A DNA stretch of 64,000 nt, taken from assembly GCA_051294375.1 (NCBI GenBank), contig CM119264.1, forward strand, positions 9,938,175 through 10,002,174, given 5' to 3'. Positions 53,401-64,000 of the stretch are shown here, piece by piece. Positions within the stretch are counted from its first letter, which is position 1, and every line of letters starts with the position of its first letter. The stretch comes from Paraspadella gotoi. Lineage: Eukaryota; Animalia; Chaetognatha. Both the position numbers and the translations under genes were made by a program. The notes under the pieces were generated by a model, which was given only the letters and a program-made list of their open reading frames with translations, had not been told where the DNA came from and ran no database searches.

Positions 53401-56135
53401 AACTCCTAAACCGCTAACCTAGACCCTAACCTAACGCCTTGGAACCTAACCACTAACCATACCCTGAGACCCTAAACTCGATAAAAAGCGTAAACCCTAA
53501 CCCGTGCACCTAAACACCAACCCTAACTATATACCCTGAGACGCACTAACACCTAACCTCTATCTCCGTCTTAATACCCTAGAACCCTAACGCTGAAACC
53601 ACTAACCTAATCACCGTAAAACCCATAAAAAACGCTAACTCCTTAAAACACCTAATCCCCTAAACCTAAAAAAACCCTAACCACTTAACCCTAACCCTAC
53701 CCTGAGACTCCTATCACTAATCCCTAAGCCCTAAACCCTAATACCCTAACCCCATAACCTAACCACTAACCTAACCCCTACGCTGGAATCTCCGTCCAAC
53801 CGTCAACCACAGCTACCCCTTAGACGACGGATAAGCTCTCTTATCCTCGCTAACTCCTATTAACCTCCTATAGCACCCATTACATCCTTACATACTAACC
53901 ACTAACCACTAACACGTGCAATGAACCAGCTGTTGTAACGCGGCATTAGTAGCACGGTACACCCTAAAACCTTCGTAAACCCACCGCCTACCATCCCTAA
54001 ACCTAAGCTCGAATAACCCTCTAAATACCCTAAGCCCCTCAAACTCCTACACGAGCCTAAACACCCGTAAACTTTCTCTCAATACCTCTTAATACCTCCG
54101 AAACCGGTTTATAACCACTTTATATCGACACTTATATTCAAACAATAAAATCTCCAATATTATAATCCCTTCACACCTTTACACCAATCGTGAAGACCAT
54201 AACTCCTACAAAAAACCTAACCCAAACCCCTAAACCCTGAAACGACTTACCCTTAACCTAACGCCTAACCCAATAAGACCCATTACCCTAAACCCTAACA
54301 CCTAACCCGATAACCGCCTAAAATCCTCTATCCTATACCTCGCAATATAACTCCCTAGAACCACGCTACACCCTAAAAGACGCCGTGAACCCGTAACCCA
54401 TAACCCTAACCCATAAGATCCATAAACCCGTAGCCTTCCGATGTATAATCGAGGTCTCATACGCCCGATACGAACTGCCTCAACGGCCCTCAGACGCATA
54501 ACCCTAGACGACGAAACGACGCACTAAACAGCCTAAACCCTCAGCCGCTACCTACCTTCCCTAAAACACTAACCTTAACCTCGCTTAAACATTGAACCTT
54601 CTCTCGACAGCACAGTTTATATCTGCCTAACCCTAACGAGCCCTAACCCTAAGACGCACTCAACCCCTTGAACCCCGACGTAGAACACGCATAAAATAGA
54701 CCAAGATTCGCTCCTTTGAGACCCATACGCCCTACAATTACTGACCAAAAATAAACACCATATATCGGACCTAAGGAACCCATAATACTCGCAACCCTAA
54801 ATTCCCATTATACCTCTACTTATTTACAGACTTTATCTTTATACCCCTCTTTAAAACACTCTATGTCCCGATTTATTCCACCCTCTGTAATTCACCCACT
54901 CTCAACTCTCTTAATCCCTATAAATCACACACCTAAACCCTATAAATATTCCTCAAACGTATAAACCCCTAACCTCGAAAAACCACAAAATAACCCTAAA
55001 CGCTCTAAACCGCTTCTAACCGCTCCCCGAAACCCTAAACGCTTCATACAGACACACGTGAGACAAACTTAAAAACAAGGCCTAGAAACACACGATAACC
55101 CTAACCCTAACCCTAACCTACCCTTCATTACCGCCTAAAACAACACAATAAAAGCAACCTACACCTTTAACCGCCTGTAACGGACCCTAAGCCTAAAGTC
55201 TCCCTAACCCGTACCACCTCCTCCGATTTCCTTACGCAGCCTCACATTACCCGACTTTAAGATCAGCCTAGCAGAGCAAGGCGCAGTGAACGCGCTATAC
55301 GTCCTGGGAACTCCGGCGTTCTAAACGCCATGAAGAACCATTGGAACACAATAGAAGTCCAGCTACACGACGTGAAGACCCTACCGCGAGAACTCCTAAC
55401 CCACTAAGTCAGCTACTAGAGGGTCTCAGACCCTACCTAACCTAACCCTAACCATATAGCGACCTAAACCCCTAACCCTAACCAACGTCGTAAAACGCCT
55501 GAGAATCTCTTACCCACTTATTACACTGGAAACCCTAGATGGAAACAACAACTTAGAGACCCCTGAAGAGCGCGCCAAACGCACGTCACCCGCAATAAAA
55601 ACCGCCGTACAAGGCCTTAAAGACACCTACACTAAGCGGCTCCTAAGAGCCACCCTAATGCAACCGCCGCTAGAGCCCTTCAAGACTCCAGATTCTCTAA
55701 CCCCTAAAACCCTACACCTTCCATAAACTCGCCGCTAAAACCAAAAAGCCCAATAAGATAGTAGGGAGGGCAAGACCCCCTCCGAAAACTCTCTATTAAT
55801 ACCCTACGTGGAAACACCTAAGACGCCCTCAGCCCCAATGTATCTTCGTCGGTAACAGCTCGCGCCAACTTCGCATATTACCGATCACGACCTAAATAAT
55901 GCCTCGCTACGAAGAACACCAAACCCTTTATTAAATCTCTAACGCTATATATTAGTTACACAATCTATAATCTCCTAAACCCTAAACACATCTTCACCTC
56001 TTTCAATATCAGCAACACCTAATTTAAAGTTAAGTCGCTCTATTATTATCTTCTTCTATGAGCCTCCTAAACTTTATATCACTTCGTATAAGTTTGTAAT
56101 TGTAGCCCCCTAACCCTTGAATAATCTAACCCTTA
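50438..56135. repeat. Degenerate telomeric repeat array (CCCTAA)n, i.e. TTAGGG on the minus strand, array 1
   Basis: Runs of perfect CCCTAA at ~50450, 51370-51480, 52020-52850 and 55100, interleaved with scrambled C/A-rich sequence. Confidence 0.88.
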
Positions 56136-56813
56136 GAATCACGATATAAAAAGCCCTATAAATAAACTATAAATTAACCGGTCACTTATGCTTGCAGGTG
56201 TGCTTCAGATCACTGTATTCTTTCTTTGTTGAAAGTTTCAGCTTCTCTCCGCTCGTTACTCTGAAAATGCTTGTTTCCTCCTCAATTTGTGTCGAGCCAT
56301 ATCTCTTTTTGGCGCCCGAAAAAAATACCAAAGAGCCGGTTCTGGAGATAATTCACGTTTTGAACCTATGATCCGTTTTTTTATGAGTTCTCTAATTTTT
56401 GAAGTAATCGTTCAGCAATCATGTAATGGTGTATCAAACTACCGTTGAATGAAAAAAGGCGCGACATGTATAGGAAATAATCCCAATCGTCGAGCGGTTC
56501 GTTTTCTGTGACCTCCATTGCCAGAAACCAAAGAACCTCCAAGTCTCTAGGACGCGACTTTAAAATTTCTGACCTAGAGATTCGAAAAACAGTTGAGTAA
56601 CTCACCCGTAAGTCGGATTAAAGACGAGAGCGGCGCTTGATTCCGTTGCTGAGAGTGCTGGTATTTGCGGCGTTGTCACGATGGGCTAAGTGGGACCCTG
56701 GCCTCCCTCGGAAACTTACTAAAAACCAAAGAGCATCGGAAATGGTATGGGAAAATAACAGAGGAATGATTATTCCGCGTTTCGGGTAGGGGGCTTTTCG
56801 GATTATTAAAAGA

Positions 56814-57043
56814 GCATCGGTGGCCAAGTGAGCTTAAAATGGCCGACTTTGATTCGGAAAGTCTAGCGGATCGAATCCGAGATGGTCATGCCCATTTATA
56901 ATCCTTTAATTATGTTATGCTGATGCAAAAGATAGATTAGGCCTTTTCTATAAGTAATATTAATTGGTTCCAGTTGATAATATTTTTAGTATTTAATAAT
57001 ATTAAGTAAGGTGCCTGGCGGCCAAAAGGCTACGTGAAACACT
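56814..57043 (+). mobile_element. tRNA-like head (56814-56892) with AT-rich body: putative tRNA-derived SINE or tRNA pseudogene abutting telomeric repeats
   Basis: A-box-like tggccaagtga (56821-56831), anticodon-like arm ccga-ctttgat-tcgg and B-box-like ggatcgaatcc (56868-56878). The acceptor stem is imperfect, so it is not called a functional tRNA. Confidence 0.45.
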
Positions 57044-58386
57044 CCCCTAACCCTAACCCAAGCTCCTAACACACCTCTCACACCTACCCTAACCCTAAAC
57101 TCCCTTAACCCTAACCTACACGCCTAACCCTAACTAAGTCCTAACCCTAAACACTTCAATCCAGAAGTTCCCGATGAAACCACGTAATATTCGCCTAACT
57201 CCGCATTGAGAGACCGACAATTTCACCCGCCTAACCACCTGAACCCTAACCCAACCCTAATCGCCTAACCCCTAATAACCGCTACCCTAACCCCTAAACC
57301 CTCAATTCCTGTAACCCTTAACCACTTAAACCCTAAAGCCATCTCTCAACCTCCCTACTGCCGCGTGAACCCTAACCCGCTCATAACCGTAAGTCCCCTC
57401 CCTTAACCTAACCCTAAGACCCATAAGCGCCATAACCACTGGAATCGCCTAACCCATAACCTAAAGACCCTAACCCTACCTAACCCTAACCCCCTAACCT
57501 AACCCTAAACCCTAACCTAACCCTAACCCTAACCCCTAACCCTAACCTAACCCTAGAGCCTCTAAAAGACCCTAAACACTTATACCGCTTAGCCCCTTAA
57601 CCCTAACCCTAAACACCTAATCCTTAACCGTCTAAACCCACACCCTTACCTCTAACGGCACCCCCAACACACACTAACCCTCTAAGACAAAAAGCCTTAA
57701 ATCTTACTCTTACACGCGCTAAAACTCCCATAACCCGTAACTCCCTAATACACCTATGGCTATACACCCTAATCGCCCCAGAACACACTCCTCTGCTAAC
57801 CGCCCCTTACACCCTATTTTAAACCCCATTTAAACCCTAAAGAACCCTTACCTGTAACCCTCACCCATGTTTTATCCCAGATTCCCATTACATCCACAGG
57901 CACTAGATATTCCTCTACAACCTCCAATAACACCCTAACCCTAAAGTACTCGGGCGTTTCCCAAATCCTCTATAAACTCGACAGCTAGATACCCTAACCT
58001 AACCCTAAACCCTAACCCTAACCCTATACTAACCTTTTATCAACTGTTTCATATGAAACCTCATACAATACCTATTCACCTAAGGCTCATTCACGTTTTC
58101 AAGCGCCTCTGAAAAGTTCACCTAACCGCTCCTCCTCACCACTCCCCTACCCTAACCACTATCTTCCTAACCCCTTACACGCCCTCATACCCTCTAACCC
58201 CCTCAACCCTTAACCCCTAACCCTAACCCTATCCTAACCCTAACCAACCCCTAACAACCCTACACCCCTAACCCTAACCTAACCCAAAACCCCTAACCCT
58301 ACCCCTAACCCTAACCCCTAACGCCTAACCCTAACCCCCCCTAACCCTCCCTAACCTAACCCTACCCTAACCCCTAACCCTAACCC
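57044..58386. repeat. Telomeric repeat array (CCCTAA)n, array 2, with a sharp junction to unique sequence
   Basis: Dense CCCTAA at 57470-57610 and 58200-58386, then an abrupt switch to mixed-composition sequence at ~58390. Confidence 0.92.
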
Positions 58387-61300
58387 ACCCCTGTGGCACG
58401 GCGTCGGTTGTTTGCGCCACAGCGTGACTCGTGAGTGCAACGGTGACGCGTTGCTAAGCGGCAAGGAAATTCATCAGAAGAGACTTGGCGGGGCAAGGGA
58501 AAAGCAAGTGTCACGTGACTGACTTCGAATTGTTTTTGTTCACAAAAGGATTGTTGTAACATTCGAACGGTTTTGAGATTATGCACTTACTCCGCTCTAC
58601 GTAACGCATTAATACTTACCCATTTCAGAAGAAGTCTTTCGAGATTAGTATTCGATTGCGAAAATGTGAGAGACCCTGAATAATCGGTGAGAAAAGTGAT
58701 CTCCGCTTGGAGGAGACTACTCAGCGCGTTTTTTTCTCAATTATTCAATGTTTGATGTCGAGAGCAAAAACTTTCATCCACCTCTCATGTCGTTTGAATG
58801 AAGTTGCGGAAAAAAATTGAAAAGTTGTTTCTCTTTAGTGTCTAAGAGAGAATGTCATTGGCTAACAAGTGGAGAGAGAGAGGTAAAGTAGGAAAACAGT
58901 TTGAGTTTAATTGATGAGAGATGAAGAGCGATTATATGTATTGAGCGCAAAGAAGATAAACGCAAGGAAGTGAATTTACTGCAGAGAAAAACAACTCGAT
59001 CGAGACGAGGAAAAGGGGAGAGGAGAGAGAGGAGGAAGAAGAGAAGAAAAAAGAAATAGAGAACAGAGAGAGAAGAGACGACGAGAAGTACGAACTGAGA
59101 AGACAAGATGAGGAGGCATAAATAAAAAAGGAAAAGAAAGTCATTCCGTGATTAGATACCAATCATCCCTTCTTTGTGGGCCCGGATCAAGTCCCTCTAG
59201 CGTTTGTGCTGATATAAAATCCAATATACTTTGATCGTTCGTGTTTCGGGAAAAACAAAACGGATTTCCCGAGTCATCTGCTTTCGGTCGTTTGTATATA
59301 TCTGTGCTTGTTTATATGTTACCTTCTTGAATCGCTTTAATATAGTATTGTCGACCGTTTCCGTAATGTCGCTTCGGTTGGTCGTTTGTCGGTTCAGAGC
59401 TGCGTCTTTGTTACTTTTGTATCCGTCCCCAGGGCCCTGAGAATCGCGGATCGAATCCTGTCTGACAGATTTCTAGGTCATAAATTAAATGCTGTTCATG
59501 AAGTATCATACCTTGGAATGCATACTCAGGGATGAGCCGTCCAAATATTCCCCCATGACACTGTTAGTTAAATCAAATTAGCGGTGAATCAACGGAATTA
59601 TTATTTGTATAACAAATTTATTAGCATAGAAAATTATCGAATCGGTCTCCATCATGACTGAATGAATGTTTATAGGTTATTTTACGAGCATTATTCGTAC
59701 AGCCAAAATCTTTCAGTATTATATTTATATACATAAACTTACTGAATAAATTAAGAATTAAGTTATAGCGCATATCTTCGGATATCAATAATTTTATAGG
59801 TTATCTATGACAACGATAAATGGTATCTCAAATGATCCGATGTTTTATCACCCAAAGTTCAATTACCTAGATAAATAATATTCGAGAATGTATCTTGCTT
59901 TAGCGAGAAGAGGAAATCTCGATATAGCAAAATTTGCAGATCTATGAAAGCATGCTACACTTAATATATAAGAATTGGGGTTCTAGCTATGATATCATAC
60001 AATCCACTGTAATTATTTCCATCCGTCATACCTCACATGTATAATAAAGGCGTTTGGTACATAACTAGTCTTCATTTCTCTGTTAAAATGTAAATTTACT
60101 ACCTGTAAACTAAAAAATGTATTACAGGAACTTATGATTTTCGGAAGCAGGACCACAGGGGAGGAGAAACGCGCCCACCTCGAGGTCCTATTTCTATGTC
60201 TTCTTTCCCAGGACAAGCGGGAAGAAGATGCCTCCGAATTGTCAGTTAGGCCTGCAGGGGGTTTGGTGGTCCTGTTCTTCTGGTCTGGTGTGTTGTTGCT
60301 GTGTTTGTATTTCCTGTCGCCTAAGCCTCCCCTTCAAAAACACTGGGTAAGGTTTGGTCGGAGGACAAATTCCGCTGAGAAATGGTCCACTCGTCCCTTG
60401 GCCTCTCACGAAAACGTTCTCGATTTATGGGCGCTTTCAGGTCTTAAATTCTTTGTTGCGCCTTGTTGTTGTACTGTAGATAATCTACGGCCCTTCTTAA
60501 ATTTCTTCGCCCGAAGTGGCTCTCTGCGTTCGGAAATCCAAGATGTGTCCGTCTCCAACCGCTTCTGACGCGAGCTGCGGATGCACATCCATCACGAGAA
60601 GGTGAGCTTGTCGACGACGTAGCCGAATTGGGGGTGGAGGGTCGGGGGAGAACTGTATTGTACGCCGCGGTTAATTGGTGAAGAGTACGGGGGTACGATA
60701 GACACAAGGAAGTTAGAGGGAGAGGAAGGAAGGAGAGGAGGAGAGAGAGGAGGAGAGTAGAATCGATGCGAGAGGGCTGCTCTTGTTGTTGACTCGAATC
60801 GGCGTTTTATTCTAAAAGAATGTACGTCCGGTCGGGCAGTTGTACGTCTTCTTGTGAAGAAGCCTTGTGGAGAAAGGTTAGAGGTGCGGAGTGGCGACTG
60901 CAAGACCCATGGTCGTGCCGTTGTGGAAATGTTCCTCTGGGATCGCGTGCTCCACCAAACTCAGACTACGAGTCGCGTCTCTTTTCTGCCAGCCTTTTAA
61001 TCTTGCCGATAAATGAATTTCGTCATATCAGAATTTCGCGTCTTCTCAGCTATCGAACTGCGAGCGAATCTCGAATAGGTTAAGATTTAATTATCAAATT
61101 ATCTGGATGTTATTCCTTATAAGGTCCCTCGTAGGTGGCACCAGAGGATGATTGTGACTGCTTAAGTTGACATATGCATCGCCTCTGTTTGCAGACTGAA
61201 AATTGACAGAGATATCGAATTGAGTCGGATGATGGAAGGTTATCCTAGCGCGATCGAAGAGTGTCACTTTGAGATTAGTGACTGGTTGCGCGATATTGCA

Positions 61301-61532
61301 AGATTACTTGATGAAACGTCATGTAAGATATATCGAAACTTGTGAGGCTGTTTGAGCACCTCTCGTCCACTTCGATTTTATCGTGTACATATCAAAAAAT
61401 GAGTAATATTGAGCCCGGATGAGATGATTAAAGGCTGAAAACACTTAGATCAAGGGTAGTTGTGCGGTTTGGCAAAGAAATACCGAGGCCATTTTTATCA
61501 AGCAACAGCAGGTTCGGGCGTCCGTGAATTAC

Positions 61533-61742
61533 CTCGTCTTTCTTCTATGTCGTTGCTCTCCTCGTCTCTGCGGATGCTCATCGGGCACTGGAGATCCTTC
61601 TTCTCTCCCGCATACTCCTCTAACAGTCTCCGGCTCCTCCTCATAACATCTCTCGGCGCCGATATCCTCTCTCTCTCTTTGCATCCGCTCTGTTCTCGCT
61701 CTCTCTCGTACTTTCGCCACGTCATCCCTCTTTTCTCGCGCT
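61533..61742 (-). CDS. Candidate 210-nt exon, charged (Arg/Glu-rich) protein segment
   Basis: Strong acceptor ttttttatttcag| and donor gag|gtaatt; length is a multiple of 3; two frames are open (..AKVRERARTERMQRERED.. or ..MTWRKYEREREQ..RRLLEEYAGEKKD..). Product unknown. Confidence 0.42.
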
Positions 61743-64000
61743 CTGAAATAAAAAAGTTTGATTTTCTTCTCGATTTCTTAATTTATTTTGTTAATTTTCA
61801 AGATTTTAACAACTTCTATTCTTTTAATCGTTTTTTCGGTAATTACCACAAGACACCACACTTTAGTCTCGTCAAGAATATTAGTTATCGTCGCACAAAT
61901 CAGCATAAGGGCTAAAAAATTTAACGACGTTGAAGATGTTTCCCTGTCTCTACACTGAGAAGCAGCGTCCCCTCGTGAAAGCTATGGTAAATCAATATAA
62001 TTACTTGTATAAGCCACTCACAATGGCCGTTTGTATCGCCTGGGCGAAAGAAATGAGTAACGATCCATATGTAATGTTGTATTCCATGACTAATGCACTC
62101 AAGAATATTCACTTGTGTCAAAAGGTCCATCCACCGAAAATGTTATCTTTGATTACTCTTATAAGTATAAATTGAACCGCCATCCTTCACCCGATAGTTC
62201 TTACTCTACTTTCGTCGTCCCTCTACTCCTCTCTTCTCTCTCTGCGATTATAGATGTTTGTCCTAATTTTCTAAGAGGCGTCAACGAAGACTAATGCTTT
62301 CGAAGAAAGAATCTGCTCTAAAATGTCGCATTTCCGTCAATTACTATCAAGAGTCTATCCGAAACTGCTCATAAAACAAAGACGAAACTGTGCNNNNNNN
62401 NNNNNNNNNNNNNNNNNNNNNNNNNNNNNNNNNNNNNNNNNNNNNNNNNNNNNNNNNNNNNNNNNNNNNNNNNNNNNNNNNNNNNNNNNNNNNNNNNNNN
62501 NNNNNNNNNNNNNNNNNNNNNNNNNNNNNNNNNNNNNNNNNNNNNNNNNNNNNNNNNNNNNNNNNNNNNNNNNNNNNNNNNNNNNNNNNNNNNNNNNNNN
62601 NNNNNNNNNNTCGGAAAGTAAATAGAGGTCTGGAAAGAAAAAAAAAAGGGAAAACAATCCCGGAGGAAGGTCGAGACGAAAAAACAACGGCGCGAGTTTG
62701 AAGGTTTGGGCTTGAAGTGAGTTGATTAACGACGGGACTAAAAGCATCGGAGAAAAATACTTCACGACCCGGTGAGGGGGGGGGNNNNNNNNNNNNNNNN
62801 NNNNNNNNNNNNNNNNNNNNNNNNNNNNNNNNNNNNNNNNNNNNNNNNNNNNNNNNNNNNNNGAGAGAGAGAGAGAGAGAGAGAGAGAATAAAATAAGGC
62901 AAAAGAGTGAGTAGGAACTCAGAGATAATAACCCTATCATTATCAAATTTCCACTAGACCCACCCACATCTATCCATTAACCATATTCATTCTAACTCAC
63001 CCTCCCTAAATCCATGGACACGAAGACCGAAAGAGCGAAGGAAAAGATGAGTTTAAACTAAGATGAGTTTAAACTTTCTCGTTTTTAGCGAAACTCGGTT
63101 TAACGACGCGGAATGAGGAGGTGGAAGGATGAAAGGAGGCAAAATATGGAAACTTTAGTGGAAAGAGAAAAGTTATCTAAAATAAGAAGTTATGTCAACC
63201 GCCGGTTGCCTGTCAACCCAGCTTGGGGGGACGTTTGTCCTGTTATCGTCTGACCATCTCGCTTAATAAACGCTGAGTGTTGTCGGATGTGAGGCAAATT
63301 GAGGCCCTGTGAATATACCGCCTCCGAGAAAGATTTTCTTTATCGAGGTTAAATTTTTGAATTTTTAAAAAAATTAATAATATCAATTCCAATGAAGAAA
63401 TCACAAGAGAGAGAATGAAGACATAAACGAGAATTTTCTGAATTTTCTGAGCACGAGAGGAGAAGATAGGTTCGAGTTATGAGGTTAACCGCCGACGACG
63501 ACTACGACGACAACGACGACGACAAGGACGACGACGACGACGATTAAAACCTACTTTGCTAAAAATGTTTCGCGAAGTTTTAGACGAGCGAGACTTGACC
63601 GAGCGGAAACGAAAATGAAAGATCGTTTGAGACTTAATGCCCATAGCAAAAAAAAATTTGGACAGGAAATTCGATATTTTACTATTTAAGATTTTTTTTT
63701 ACATTATGGTCTTTTTCACTCTGTTTACCATTCTTTTTATATCAACAACGGTAAATATTCGGAACTTAACCGAAAAAAAAAACTGTCCGTTCCACGTCGC
63801 TTAACGCAACTGAGAAAAAAAAGGGGAAAAAATCCCTTGGCAAAAAAAGAGAAAGGAAAATGGCTGACGCCCGCGGTTTTCACCGGTCATCGATTTCGAG
63901 CCTTCGATTAGTCAGCGCGAGAAGGCGAGGAGGTAGTCCGGGGCGGGTCTAAGAGAAGACATTGGAAAAAAGGTCAGAAGAGGGGCGTACAGGTAGTAGG

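Noticed and set aside
50560-56135. Variant telomeric repeat code or hidden ORFs in the degenerate array
   Set aside because: The pattern fits an error-rich consensus of misaligned reads; I saw no stable higher-order unit.
56814-56892. Functional tRNA-Gln(TTG)
   Set aside because: The acceptor stem and D-loop are imperfect and the T-loop reads ATCGAAT; kept only as tRNA-like/SINE.
59420-59560. Second SINE head (gcggatcgaatcc B-box)
   Set aside because: No convincing A-box or cloverleaf in noisy sequence.

Overview
Eukaryotic, most likely invertebrate-animal, draft-genome window. It is AT-rich and intron-rich, full of (GA/CT)n tracts, carries TTAGGG-type telomeric repeats, and shows no prokaryotic features. 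Most ORFs in the track are microsatellite or N-gap artefacts. Four gaps of exactly 25 N and several indel-rich near-duplicate blocks point to long-read gap filling, so much of the window is noisy or redundant. Best-supported biology: (1) a 5'-truncated Penelope-like retroelement with a GIY-YIG endonuclease remnant, inverted ~230-bp pseudo-LTRs, a ~33-nt tail and a degenerate hammerhead-like motif, nested in a TA-flanked MITE whose other copies show the empty site; (2) two phase-compatible exons of a secreted or cell-surface Ig-domain protein (47.5-48.0 kb); (3) about 7 kb of degenerate (CCCTAA)n in two arrays, separated by an island ending in a tRNA-like/SINE element; (4) a ~250-bp fold-back hairpin, HINE/DINE-like elements and a GC-rich 41-bp minisatellite. 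No previously undescribed system can be proven from sequence alone; candidates are ranked in findings.
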